In this document: positions 1 to 9,333 of the stretch, one piece after another
How the letters are laid out: each line of letters opens with the position of its first letter
Numbering within the stretch: position 1 is the stretch's first letter
NCBI GenBank assembly: GCA_016201795.1
Contig: JACQCF010000004.1
Coordinates: 74,117-138,116 of the forward strand
Length of the DNA: 64,000 nucleotides
From: Candidatus Omnitrophota bacterium
GTDB lineage: Bacteria > Omnitrophota > Gorgyraeia > Zapsychrales > Fredricksoniimonadaceae
Direction: 5' to 3'
The notes under the pieces: generated by a model
Databases searched by the model: none
The model's input: only the letters and a program-made list of their open reading frames with translations
Told to the model about the DNA's origin: nothing
Position numbers and translations under genes: made by a program

Positions 1-3
1 AGC

Positions 4-2208
4 ATGAGCGCAGATTTACGCAAAAGGTTTTTGATTATCTTCGTTGTGATCGCAGGTTCTCTGGCTTCTCTTTTTCCCATCAATAAACGCATCAACCTAG
101 GGCTTGACCTTAAAGGCGGTATGCATTTGATTTTAAGGGTGGAAAATGAAAGTTTGCCCACGGATGCGGCTAAAAACGATGCCGTGCTTCGTTCCATGGA
201 AGTTTTGCGCAACCGCATTGACGGTTTAGGCGTAGGTGAGACCCTTATTCAACGTCAGGGCAATAATCAAATTTTGGTGCAATTGCCCGGTGTGACGGAC
301 CGCAGTAAAGCCATTGATATGATCGGCCGGGTAGCGCATTTAGAATTTCATGTGGTGGATTCTGATCCGATCCGTCTTAAAGAAGCTTTGGCCGGCAATG
401 TGCCCGATGGCTATGAGCTTAAAAAAGCCAAAAGAGACGGTAACGAGTCGATTTTAATTTTTAAAGAAACGGCCTTAGGCGGGGATACGATCAAAGATGC
501 CCACGTGGATTTTGATCGCACCGGCATGCAGCCAAAGATTTCTTTATCGTTTAACGATGAAGGGAGCAAAAATTTTGGGGATTTAACCACCGCTCACGTC
601 AATGACCGTTTGGCCATCGTGCTCGATGGTGAAGTGCTCTCCGCCCCCAATATCCACGAGCCGATTTTAACCGGTACCGCGGAAATCACCGGACAGTTTA
701 AATTTGAAGAAGCCAGTCTCCTGGCGTTGGCTTTGCGCACGGGTTCTTTGCCGGTGCCTATGAAAATCGAGGAGGAACGCACCATCGGCCCCTTATTAGG
801 GAAGGATTCCATTGATGCCGGCTTTAAAGCCACTATGTTAGGCGGTCTATTGGTCGTGGCTTTTATGACAATTTATTACTTTATTGGTGGTTTCATCGCT
901 TCTTTGGCGTTGGCCATTAACCTTTTGATGATTTTAGGCAGCATGGGGCTTATCAATATTCTTCTGCCTGATTCTCAGGTGACGTTAACCCTGCCGGGTA
1001 TTGCAGGTATCATTTTAACTTTAGGTATGGCGGTGGATGCCAACGTTTTGATTAATGAGCGTATCCGTGAGGAGCTCAACAATGGACGGCCTTTGACGGC
1101 GGCGATTAATACCGGCTACCAACGGGCGCTGGCAGCCATCATTGATTCTCACGTGACCTCGCTCATTGCCGGGTTTATGCTGTTTCAATTCGGTTCCGGC
1201 CCGATCAAAGGTTTTGCGGTGACGCTCTCGTGCGGCCTTATAGCCAGCCTGCTGACTTCAATTTTTATCACCCGGACACTGTTTAACTTTTTAACCGAGA
1301 CCCGCGTGATTAAATCCTTGCCGATGATGCATATTTTTACAAGACCAAATTTTAATTTTCTTAATAAGAAATATATTTGTTTTGCTTTGTCGGCGTCTTT
1401 ATTGATTTGGGGGATGGTCACTTTGGTTGCCAAGAAAGATGCGGCTTACGGCATTGATTTTGCCGGTGGTCAAATTCAAGAATTTAAATTCGACAAATCG
1501 GTATCTTCTGAAAATCTGCGTACAATTTTCAAAGAAGAAAAAATGGAACATGCGGTTATTCAGGACTTTGCCAATGCGCCGAGCAATATCATCATCCGCA
1601 CACCGGAAGATACCCATGATAAAGTTGTGGAAATATTTAAACGTGAGATGCCAGATAACCATTTCCAGGTATTGCGCATTGAAAAGGTCGGCCCTGTCGT
1701 TGGTAAAGCGTTGCGTACCAAAGCTATTTATGCCATTGGGCTGGCTCTTTTGGGTATGCTTATTTACGTGGGACTGCGCTTTAAGCATTATGATTTTGCC
1801 GCGGCGGCGGTGATTGCCATTTTCCATGACGTTTTAATCACCTTAGGCTTAATTGTCATTTTTGGCCGTCAGGTGGATTTGCTGGTCGTCACTGCTTTGA
1901 TGACGGTGGCGGGTTATTCGATTAATGACAGCATCATCATCTATGACCGCGTGCGCGAAAACGTCCCCAAGACACGCAATAAATCATTGGCAGAAATTAT
2001 TAACGACAGTATCAATCAAACCCTGGGGCGGACTATTTTGACGACGTTTGTCACCCTGCTGTCGGTGTTTGCTTTGTATTTTGTTGGCGGCGAGGTGCTC
2101 AATAGCTTTGCGCTGGTACTCATTATCGGGTTTATCTTCGGAACTTATTCCACGGTTTACATTGTCTCACCGCTGTTTTTGGCATGGCATGGCAAAAAGA
2201 AATGGTAA
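4..2208 (+). CDS. secDF: Protein translocase subunit SecDF (fused SecD-SecF)
   Basis: 734-aa ORF. The N-terminus has the SecD pattern (signal/TM, then GLDLKGG). Two RND-like TM bundles separated by a periplasmic domain. The C-terminal half is SecF-like (…GYSINDSIIIYDRVREN…). The ATG is at the very start of the window but the N-terminus looks complete. Confidence 0.9.
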   Translation: MSADLRKRFLIIFVVIAGSLASLFPINKRINLGLDLKGGMHLILRVENESLPTDAAKNDAVLRSMEVLRNRIDGLGVGETLIQRQGNNQILVQLPGVTDRSKAIDMIGRVAHLEFHVVDSDPIRLKEALAGNVPDGYELKKAKRDGNESILIFKETALGGDTIKDAHVDFDRTGMQPKISLSFNDEGSKNFGDLTTAHVNDRLAIVLDGEVLSAPNIHEPILTGTAEITGQFKFEEASLLALALRTGSLPVPMKIEEERTIGPLLGKDSIDAGFKATMLGGLLVVAFMTIYYFIGGFIASLALAINLLMILGSMGLINILLPDSQVTLTLPGIAGIILTLGMAVDANVLINERIREELNNGRPLTAAINTGYQRALAAIIDSHVTSLIAGFMLFQFGSGPIKGFAVTLSCGLIASLLTSIFITRTLFNFLTETRVIKSLPMMHIFTRPNFNFLNKKYICFALSASLLIWGMVTLVAKKDAAYGIDFAGGQIQEFKFDKSVSSENLRTIFKEEKMEHAVIQDFANAPSNIIIRTPEDTHDKVVEIFKREMPDNHFQVLRIEKVGPVVGKALRTKAIYAIGLALLGMLIYVGLRFKHYDFAAAAVIAIFHDVLITLGLIVIFGRQVDLLVVTALMTVAGYSINDSIIIYDRVRENVPKTRNKSLAEIINDSINQTLGRTILTTFVTLLSVFALYFVGGEVLNSFALVLIIGFIFGTYSTVYIVSPLFLAWHGKKKW

Positions 2209-4113
2209 ATGTTTAAATCTTTAGAGCTTCTCGTCGGCCAGAACATTCATTTCGATGATGTCATCAAAATTCTAGTCGCCTTTGGTTTTTTCAGGGCGAC
2301 TAAAGTTTTTAAAGAGGGTGAATTTGCCCTGCGCGGCGGCATTCTCGACATTTATCCGGCCAATTTCGAGGTTCCCTTACGTATTGATACCGAAGATGAC
2401 GTGATTCACTCCATTACCGGGTTCGATTTATCCAGCGGGAAGATGATTGAAGAGCATCAGATCGTGATCATCCTGCCGTTTAAAACATCTTTCCAGGCGG
2501 TTTTTTCGTCGGAAATTCCTCTTAATAATTTCGTAGACATCGAAGCAGGTGATTTGGTCGTGCATAACAATCACGGCATCGGCCGATTTTTGGGCATCCG
2601 TGAATTTGAACTCAATTGGCAAAAAAAAGAACATTTGATCATTGAGTATAAAGACGGGGACAGGCTTTTTGTGCCCAAACACGACCTTCATCTGGTGCAA
2701 AAATATGTTACTTTTACTAAAAAGACCACCAGGCTTAATAAATTGGGCAGTAAAGAATGGGCAGCGACCCGTCGGGCCATTGAGAAAAAACTAAAACAGA
2801 TGGCCGCTGAGCTTTTACGCATTCAGGCTTTGCGCACCCAGTTGGCCGGCTACGCCTTTTCCAAAGATACCGACTGGCAGAGGGAATTTGAAGCCAGGTT
2901 TCCTTATCAGGAGACTCCGGATCAAATGAAAGCAACTATGGAAGTCAAAAAAGACATGGAGGAAGCCGGGCCCATGGACCGGCTGATTTGTGGGGATGTC
3001 GGTTACGGTAAAACCGAGGTAGCCATGCGTGCGGCGTTTAAAGCAGTCATGGATCATAAGCAGGCGGCGATTTTAGTGCCGACGACGATTTTAGCGGAGC
3101 AGCATTATTACAATTTCACCAAACGCTTGGAAGGTTTTCCGGTGAAAGTGGCCATGCTTTCGCGTTTTCGTACCAAGTCCGAGCAGACAGCGATTATCCG
3201 GGAGCTTCAAGAGGGCAAGGTGGATATCATTATCGGCACGCATCGGCTTTTGTCCAAAGACATTGCCTTTAAAGATTTAGGGCTGGTCATTATCGACGAG
3301 GAACAGCGTTTTGGCGTTAAATCTAAAGAAAAACTTAAAACATTTCGGCTTTTGGCGGATGTGCTGACTCTTTCGGCTACTCCCATTCCACGTACTTTAT
3401 ACATGGCGCTTGCCGGGGCACGGGATATGTCGGTGATTGCAACCCCGCCGACGAATCGTTTATCCGTAAAGACCCAAATCATTCCTTTTGATGAAGAGAT
3501 TATTGAAGAAGCTATTGGGCGGGAATTGGCCCGTCATGGCCAGGTTTTTTTCTTGCACAACCGCGTGGATAATATTGAAATAATCGCTCAAAGCATAAAG
3601 TATATGGTCCCGCAGGCCAGGGTCGAGATTGCTCATGGGCAAATGAGTGGTCGTCTTTTGGAAGAAATTATGTTAAAATTTCTGCAACAAAAAATCGACG
3701 TTCTGGTTTGTACGACGATCGTCGAATCCGGCATTGATGTCCCTTCAGCGAATACTTTGATTGTTAATCGGGCGGATCAATTCGGGCTTTCGGAGCTTCA
3801 TCAATTAAGAGGCCGCGTGGGCCGGCTGGATGTACAGGCCTGGGCCTATTTGATCGTACCGTCAAACCAAGCATTATCCGAAGTGTCCAAACAAAGACTG
3901 AAGGCCATTGAAAAATACAGCGATTTAGGTGCCGGTTTTCATATCGCCTTTGAAGATTTGCAGATTCGCGGCGCCGGCAATTTACTGGGCGCCCAGCAGC
4001 ATGGGTTTATATCCTCGATTGGTTTTGATTTGTATTGCCGAATGCTCAAGGAATCTATCGAACATCTCAAAAAAGAATTGGAGATCAAAGACCATGAACA
4101 CACATTGGTTTAG
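2209..4113 (+). CDS. mfd: Transcription-repair coupling factor Mfd, compact 634-aa form lacking most of the N-terminal UvrB-homology region
   Basis: RNAP-interacting D4-like segment (VVHNNHGIGRFLGIREFE…YKDGDRLFVP). SF2 translocase motifs (GDVGYGKTEV, DEEQRFGV, SATPIPRT, QLRGRVGR). Start of the TRCF domain (DLQIRGAGNLLGAQQHGF). The N-terminal residues keep only one UvrB-like GEFALRGGILDIYP module. The start abuts the secDF stop. Confidence 0.85.
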   Translation: MFKSLELLVGQNIHFDDVIKILVAFGFFRATKVFKEGEFALRGGILDIYPANFEVPLRIDTEDDVIHSITGFDLSSGKMIEEHQIVIILPFKTSFQAVFSSEIPLNNFVDIEAGDLVVHNNHGIGRFLGIREFELNWQKKEHLIIEYKDGDRLFVPKHDLHLVQKYVTFTKKTTRLNKLGSKEWAATRRAIEKKLKQMAAELLRIQALRTQLAGYAFSKDTDWQREFEARFPYQETPDQMKATMEVKKDMEEAGPMDRLICGDVGYGKTEVAMRAAFKAVMDHKQAAILVPTTILAEQHYYNFTKRLEGFPVKVAMLSRFRTKSEQTAIIRELQEGKVDIIIGTHRLLSKDIAFKDLGLVIIDEEQRFGVKSKEKLKTFRLLADVLTLSATPIPRTLYMALAGARDMSVIATPPTNRLSVKTQIIPFDEEIIEEAIGRELARHGQVFFLHNRVDNIEIIAQSIKYMVPQARVEIAHGQMSGRLLEEIMLKFLQQKIDVLVCTTIVESGIDVPSANTLIVNRADQFGLSELHQLRGRVGRLDVQAWAYLIVPSNQALSEVSKQRLKAIEKYSDLGAGFHIAFEDLQIRGAGNLLGAQQHGFISSIGFDLYCRMLKESIEHLKKELEIKDHEHTLV

Positions 4114-5035
4114 AGTTTTTAGTTGTATTGTCTTGGCTTTGATGATCCCTTCGCTGGCGGCGGCCAAGCCCCTTCATGACGCTATTATCGCCATTGTCAA
4201 CGATGATGTGATTACCCTTAAAGATCTCAAAGATTACATGAGCGGTGTTTACCGCCAGTTGAAAGTAGAGAATAAAGACCCTAAGGAAATTCAGGAAACC
4301 ATGGCCTCTTATGAAGAAAAGGGGGTTGATCAGCTGGTGGAAGATAAATTGATTTTAGCCGCGGCGGATGAGAAGGGTTTGGAAATCCGACCGGAGGCTA
4401 TTGAAAAACAGCTTAAAGATATCAAAGACCGTTATCCTTCGGAGGATCAATTTTTGGAGGCCCTTAATACTCAGGGTATGACGGTGACGGATTTAAAAAA
4501 TAAGCTCATCCGTCAGATGAAAGCCAAATATATGGTGGATATCGAAGTCAAAAATAAAATTTTTGTTAACCCTCAGGACGTAACTCGTTATTACAATGAT
4601 CATAGCCATGAATTTGAACACAAAACTAAATACAATCTTGATTCGATTTATATTTCTTTCGACCAGGATAAAGATCAGGCTATCAAGCGTATTGGTGAAG
4701 CCCGTCAGAAGTTAGCTGCTGGCGAAGATTTTCAGAAGATGGCCCAAGAATATTCCGAGGCGCCTTCGGTAGGAACACTCGAAGAAGGACAAATGGTCCC
4801 AGCCGTCGAAAAAGAAGTATTCGGTCTTAAAATAGGAGATATTTCACAGCCGGTGGCGGTCGAAGGCGGGGTGTATGTATTTAAGGTGACCGGTATTTTG
4901 GCAGGAGGGGTGCAATCGCTTCAGGAGGCCAGAGACAGCGTTTACAATAAACTTTACAATCAACAATTTCAGGAAAAATTTAAGGCCTGGATTGATAAGT
5001 TACACGAAAAAGCTTATGTCGAAATCCGCAGTTAG
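4094..5035 (+). CDS. Periplasmic chaperone / peptidyl-prolyl isomerase, SurA-like (SurA_N + PpiC rotamase domain)
   Basis: Signal peptide (MNTHWFRVFSCIVLALMIPSLAAA). SurA-N-like helical region. C-terminal parvulin/PpiC motif (…GQMVPAVEKEVFGLKIGDISQPVAVEGGVYVFKV). The track ORF starts at 3929, but the ATG at 4094 is followed by a signal peptide and overlaps the mfd stop by only 20 nt. Confidence 0.8.
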   Translation: MNTHWFRVFSCIVLALMIPSLAAAKPLHDAIIAIVNDDVITLKDLKDYMSGVYRQLKVENKDPKEIQETMASYEEKGVDQLVEDKLILAAADEKGLEIRPEAIEKQLKDIKDRYPSEDQFLEALNTQGMTVTDLKNKLIRQMKAKYMVDIEVKNKIFVNPQDVTRYYNDHSHEFEHKTKYNLDSIYISFDQDKDQAIKRIGEARQKLAAGEDFQKMAQEYSEAPSVGTLEEGQMVPAVEKEVFGLKIGDISQPVAVEGGVYVFKVTGILAGGVQSLQEARDSVYNKLYNQQFQEKFKAWIDKLHEKAYVEIRS

Positions 5036-5906
5036 GAGCATTAAGTGCGTTGCCATTACCATGGGTGATCCCCGCGGGATCGCTCCAGAGGTTATTGTGA
5101 AAGCTCTGGGCAAAAAAGAGGTGTCGCGTTTGGGGAATTTTGTTGTCGTCGGTGATCGCGCCTTGCTGGCCAAAACCAAAGCCAAGGTGATGGATGTGGC
5201 TTATCGTACGCCTGGTGAAGGTTCCTTGAAATTTTTAGAAAAAGGGGTGGAACTTATTAAAGCGGGGATGGTTGATGCTTTGGTGACAGCGCCTTTATCC
5301 AAAAAGGCCGTCAGCCGTTACCAAAAAGATTTTCGGGGTCATACCGAATATTTAGCAAAGAGCTTTGGCGTTAAGCAGTTTGACATGATGTTTGTATCTT
5401 CTAAGGTACGTTTATCTTTAGTAACCCGTCATGTGCCTTTGAAAGATGTTGCTCCACTCATTACGAAAAAGGCAGTCTTTTCAAGCATTGAACTGATGCA
5501 GCATACCTTAAAGCAAAGATTTGGAATTACAGACCCACGCATTGCTATTTTAGGGTTAAATCCCCACGCTGGTGAAGGGGGGTTGTTGGGTCAAGAAGAG
5601 ATTAAGCATATTATACCGGCGATTCGTTTAGCTCGCCATCACGGGATTAAAGCTCAAGGGCCGTTTCCCGCCGATACATTTTTTTGCCACGATAAAGGTT
5701 TTGACGGCATTGTAGCGATGTATCATGATCAGGGGCTAGCGCCGATGAAGGGGCTGTATTTTAAAGATTTGGTGAATTTTACCGCCGGACTTCCATTTGT
5801 GCGTACCTCGCCGGTGCACGGGGTGGCCTTTGATATTGCCGGCTTGGGGAAAGCTGATCCTTCCTCTATGATTGCGGCCATTAAATTAGCCTTTCAGCTG
5901 GCATGA
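4992..5906 (+). CDS. pdxA: 4-hydroxythreonine-4-phosphate dehydrogenase PdxA
   Basis: N-terminal …AITMGDPRGIAPEV… matches the PdxA GDPxGIGPE signature. The C-terminal H-x-GEGG…HDQGL…TSPVHG metal-site motifs are present. Start is uncertain: ATGs at 4992, 5016 and 5061. Confidence 0.85.
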   Translation: MISYTKKLMSKSAVRSIKCVAITMGDPRGIAPEVIVKALGKKEVSRLGNFVVVGDRALLAKTKAKVMDVAYRTPGEGSLKFLEKGVELIKAGMVDALVTAPLSKKAVSRYQKDFRGHTEYLAKSFGVKQFDMMFVSSKVRLSLVTRHVPLKDVAPLITKKAVFSSIELMQHTLKQRFGITDPRIAILGLNPHAGEGGLLGQEEIKHIIPAIRLARHHGIKAQGPFPADTFFCHDKGFDGIVAMYHDQGLAPMKGLYFKDLVNFTAGLPFVRTSPVHGVAFDIAGLGKADPSSMIAAIKLAFQLA

Positions 5907-6691
5907 ATACCTCCTATCATCGTTCCCAAAAAAGTTTAGGCCAGAATTTTCTCGTTGATGGTCGCATGCAGCAAAGAATTGTTGAAGCCTGCGCTTTGCA
6001 AGCCGATGAGGTGGTAGTGGAAATCGGCCCGGGCAAGGGGGCTATTACCCGTCGGATATGCCCGTTGGTCAAAGGGCTTATAGCGGTGGAGAAAGACCGT
6101 TCCTTGGCCGCTTTGTTAGCCCACGAATTCCAACAGCCTCAGGTAAAAATTGTACAGGCAGATTTTTTAAAATGGGACATGAGTCTGTTGCCGGAAGGGG
6201 TAGTCGTGGTAGGCAACATCCCTTATTACATTTCCACGCCGATTATTGAAAAGATTTTAGCGCATAAAGATAAAATCCGACGGGCATTTTTAACGGTACA
6301 GTTGGAATTTGGACTTCGTCTGGCCGCCACCGCCGGGGGTAAAGATTACGGCTCTTTATCTTGTTTTGTCCAGTATTATGCGGATGTTCAAGTTCTTTTT
6401 AAGATCAGCCGCCATTGTTTTAATCCTCAGCCGAAGGTGAATTCTTGTTTTGTTTCTTTAACCATGAAATCCAAACCCGAGGTAGCGGCGAGGGATGAAC
6501 GTCAATTATTTAACCTTATTCAAAAAGCTTTCACACAGCGACGAAAGACTATTGTCAACGCTCTTAAAAAAACGGTGGGGCAAGAGCGGCTGATGGATGA
6601 ACTCCAAAGATTAGGGATTGATCTGCAATCTAGACCTGAGGATTTAACTTTGTTGAATTACATCAAGCTTTCCAATACTCTCGTGGTATAA
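5903..6691 (+). CDS. rsmA: 16S rRNA (adenine1518-N6/adenine1519-N6)-dimethyltransferase RsmA/KsgA
   Basis: KSLGQNFLVD…VVEIGPGKGAIT… SAM-binding motif, typical of KsgA. 4-nt overlap (ATGA) with pdxA. Confidence 0.9.
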   Translation: MNTSYHRSQKSLGQNFLVDGRMQQRIVEACALQADEVVVEIGPGKGAITRRICPLVKGLIAVEKDRSLAALLAHEFQQPQVKIVQADFLKWDMSLLPEGVVVVGNIPYYISTPIIEKILAHKDKIRRAFLTVQLEFGLRLAATAGGKDYGSLSCFVQYYADVQVLFKISRHCFNPQPKVNSCFVSLTMKSKPEVAARDERQLFNLIQKAFTQRRKTIVNALKKTVGQERLMDELQRLGIDLQSRPEDLTLLNYIKLSNTLVV

Positions 6692-6699
6692 TTACCACT

Positions 6700-7083
6700 A
6701 TGTTTAAAAGAATTTACTATCACGACACCGACGCTGGCGGCATTGTGTATTACGGTCAGTATTTGTGTTATCTGGAAGAAGCCCGTACGGAATTCTTAGA
6801 GCAGAAGGGCTTAAGCGTACAGATGTTTAAAGAACGCGGGTTAGCTTATGCGGTGCGCGAATGCCATGTGATTTACAAAAGCCCCGCCCGTTACGGCGAT
6901 ACGCTCATTTGCCTGGCGAAACTCAAAGTAGCCAGCGCTGCCCAGCTTACTTTTGAACAGACCATTTGTGATAAAAAAGACGGCCGTTTAGTCGTTGAGG
7001 CTGAAGTTGTTTTAGTCTGTTTAAACACGGAATTTAAACCGACAGCTATTCCGGATGATTTAAAAGAAAAACTGCTTGTTTAA
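6700..7083 (+). CDS. Acyl-CoA thioesterase, YbgC/4HBT hotdog family
   Basis: MFKRIYYHDTDAGGIVYYGQYLCYLEEARTEF… is the classic YbgC/4HBT N-terminus with a catalytic Asp (HDTDAGG). Length 127 aa. Confidence 0.8.
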   Translation: MFKRIYYHDTDAGGIVYYGQYLCYLEEARTEFLEQKGLSVQMFKERGLAYAVRECHVIYKSPARYGDTLICLAKLKVASAAQLTFEQTICDKKDGRLVVEAEVVLVCLNTEFKPTAIPDDLKEKLLV

Positions 7084-7086
7084 AAG

Positions 7087-7458
7087 ATGAAATTTAAATA
7101 TTTTACCCCACAAGAAGCCAACCGGCGACTGGCATATATTCGTCCGGTGGTGCAGGATTTGTTGGATAAAGGCAAACACCTACAGGCGTTGGTTTTACTG
7201 CCGCATCAGACCCCACAGATTCAAAAACAACAACAGGTTTTGGAAGAACAAGTTCAAGTGTTGACAGCGGAGCTGGAAGAAGTGGGTTGTTATTTTAAGG
7301 ATTGGAATTTTGAAATCGGCCTGGTGGATTTCCCAGCTATGATCAACGAGCAAGAAGTGTTATTGTGCTGGCGTTCCGACGAACCTGAGGTAACCTGGTA
7401 TCACGGCTATCAGGACGGCTATGCCGGCCGACAACCCATACCTAAGCCGTTGCTATAA
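7087..7458 (+). CDS. Conserved hypothetical protein (possibly DUF2203-like), 123 aa
   Basis: ORF with a coding-like composition, tightly packed between the thioesterase and gatC. It has a Q-rich internal stretch (QTPQIQKQQQVLEEQVQVL). No confident family assignment from sequence alone. Confidence 0.45.
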   Translation: MKFKYFTPQEANRRLAYIRPVVQDLLDKGKHLQALVLLPHQTPQIQKQQQVLEEQVQVLTAELEEVGCYFKDWNFEIGLVDFPAMINEQEVLLCWRSDEPEVTWYHGYQDGYAGRQPIPKPLL

Positions 7459-7543
7459 TTAGCGAAACAAGCTTTCAGATGAAAATCGGCCCACTAACTA
7501 AATCTTGTTTTTGGCTTTCGATGATGGTATTATTTAAACTTCT

Positions 7544-7828
7544 ATGATCACCAAAAAAGACGTTCAATATATCGCCGCTTTAGCCAGGATTCATATGTCG
7601 CCAGATAAGCTGCAAGGGTTAACCAAAAATCTGGCGGATATTGTCGGCTACGTCGAACAATTGCAAAAATTGGATCTTAAAAACGTCAAACCCACCAGCC
7701 ATGCCGTGCCTCTGACCAATGCTTTGCGTCAAGACACGGTCAAACCCTCTCTGTCTAACGAAAAAGCTTTATCCATCGCGCCGCAGACAAGAGGTGGCTG
7801 TTTTCAAGTGCCGCTGGTTATCGAATGA
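7544..7828 (+). CDS. gatC: Glu-tRNA(Gln)/Asp-tRNA(Asn) amidotransferase subunit C
   Basis: 94 aa, the typical GatC length and N-terminus ([23 protein letters not shown]…). Immediately followed by gatA with a 4-nt overlap. Confidence 0.85.
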   Translation: MITKKDVQYIAALARIHMSPDKLQGLTKNLADIVGYVEQLQKLDLKNVKPTSHAVPLTNALRQDTVKPSLSNEKALSIAPQTRGGCFQVPLVIE

Positions 7829-9252
7829 AACTGCACAGTTTAACCGCTCATCAGATTCTGGATCTTTATAAGACTCAAAAGGCTTCCCCCCAGGAAGTTT
7901 TAAAAGATGTTTTATCTCGCATCGGGCTCATTGATTCCAGAGTTCATGCCTATGCCCGTTTAAGCAGTCAGAATGATTTAACTCAAGGGGTTTGTGCGAT
8001 TCCGATTGCCATTAAAGACAATATGTGCACTAAAGATGAGGAAATCACCTGCTCCTCGAGGATTTTAAAAGGTTTTCGTCCGCCTTATGACGCCGCTGTT
8101 GTTGAAAGAATCAAACAAAACGCAGGGATGATTGTCGGCTTTGCCAATATGGATGAATTTGCTTTCGGCTCATCCACCGAGACTTCCTGTTACGGAGCAA
8201 CTTATAATCCCTGGGATTTATCCCGCGTGCCTGGCGGCTCCAGCGGTGGCTCTGCGGCGGCGGTGGTGGCGGATGAGACACTGTGGGCTTTAGGTTCGGA
8301 TACTGGCGGCTCGATTCGCCAGCCGGCGTCCTTTTGTGGCATCGTCGGGCTTAAACCGACCTATGGCCGTGTGTCCCGTTACGGTTTGATTGCCTTTGCC
8401 TCCAGTTTGGATCAAATCGGGCCATTGACCAAAGATGTTAGAGATTGCGCCATGCTGATGAACATCATCGCCGGCTATGATGAGAGGGATTCCACTTCTG
8501 TGAATGAACCTGTGCCGGATTACACTAAAGCTTTAGTCCATGATGTACGTGGGATTAAAATCGGTGTGGTCAAAGAAGCTTTTGTCGAGGGGTTGGATGC
8601 CCAGGTGCGCACGGCGGTTGAAGGGGCAATTGATCAGTTAAAAAAATTAGGGGCGACGGTTAAAGAGATTTCCTTGCCGCATGCGCCTTATGCGGTGGCA
8701 ACCTACTATATTGTGGCGACCGCCGAGGCCAGTTCCAATTTGGCGCGTTTCGACGGTGTGCGTTACGGTCTTCGCCAGTCGCCGGCTAATATGCGCAAGA
8801 ACGGTTTGATGGACATGTACGAAGAAACTCGCGCCAAGGGTTTTGGCGATGAGGCCAAACGCCGCATAATGCTTGGCACCTACGTTTTATCGTCGGGTTA
8901 TTACGATGCCTATTATTTGCGCGGTCAAAAAGTCCGTACGCTTATCAAACAAGATTTGGATGAGGCTTTCAAAGAGTGCGACGTGATTCTAACGCCCACG
9001 GCCCCCACGACCGCGTTTAAAGTAGGGGAGAAAATTTCCGATCCTTTGAGCATGTATTTGTCGGATATTTATACGATTACGGCGAATTTAGCTGGGATTC
9101 CGGCGATATCCATTCCCTGCGGATTTTCCAAACAAGGGCTACCCGTCGGTTTGCAGCTGATGGCCAGGGCTTTTGATGAAGAAATGCTGCTTCGGGTTTC
9201 CTATACTTATGAGCAAAATACAGAGTGGCATTTGAAAAAGCCAAGTTTATAA
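7825..9252 (+). CDS. gatA: Glu-tRNA(Gln) amidotransferase subunit A (amidase signature family)
   Basis: Amidase signature [11 protein letters not shown] plus a Ser-cisSer-Lys triad context. 475 aa. Confidence 0.92.
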   Translation: MKLHSLTAHQILDLYKTQKASPQEVLKDVLSRIGLIDSRVHAYARLSSQNDLTQGVCAIPIAIKDNMCTKDEEITCSSRILKGFRPPYDAAVVERIKQNAGMIVGFANMDEFAFGSSTETSCYGATYNPWDLSRVPGGSSGGSAAAVVADETLWALGSDTGGSIRQPASFCGIVGLKPTYGRVSRYGLIAFASSLDQIGPLTKDVRDCAMLMNIIAGYDERDSTSVNEPVPDYTKALVHDVRGIKIGVVKEAFVEGLDAQVRTAVEGAIDQLKKLGATVKEISLPHAPYAVATYYIVATAEASSNLARFDGVRYGLRQSPANMRKNGLMDMYEETRAKGFGDEAKRRIMLGTYVLSSGYYDAYYLRGQKVRTLIKQDLDEAFKECDVILTPTAPTTAFKVGEKISDPLSMYLSDIYTITANLAGIPAISIPCGFSKQGLPVGLQLMARAFDEEMLLRVSYTYEQNTEWHLKKPSL

Positions 9253-9254
9253 AG

Positions 9255-9325
9255 GTGTCATTGCGAACGAAGTGAAGCAATCTTTTAAAGAGATTGCTTC
9301 GTCGCTTTGCTCCTCGCAATGACAC
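9255..9325 (+). promoter_or_regulatory. Long intergenic hairpin between gatA and gatB (12-bp perfect outer stem + 10-bp inner stem) covering the gatB initiation region
   Basis: GTGTCATTGCGA(9255-9266) pairs with TCGCAATGACAC(9314-9325). GAAGCAATCT(9274-9283) pairs with AGATTGCTTC(9291-9300). Loop is TTTAAAG. No U-tract follows, so it is not a classic terminator. Confidence 0.6.
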
Positions 9326-9333
9326 ATAAAAAT

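Noticed and set aside
1399-1827. 142-aa ORF on the minus strand (and a 128-aa + strand alternative frame, 1427..1813) inside secDF
   Set aside because: It lies entirely antisense to, or out of frame within, a well-supported secDF coding region. It has low-complexity K/F-rich translations and no start context. It is a typical shadow ORF.
3929-4093. 55-codon N-terminal extension of the SurA-like ORF in the track (MPVFISPLKICRF…)
   Set aside because: It overlaps the 3' end of mfd in another frame. The internal ATG at 4094 is followed by a textbook signal peptide, so the extension is almost certainly not translated.
7459-7543. Hairpin AAACAAG…CTTGTTT plus possible TTGTTT-17-TATTAT promoter before gatC
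   Set aside because: The stem is only 7 bp with a 30-nt loop and the promoter match is weak. I mention it but do not call it a feature.
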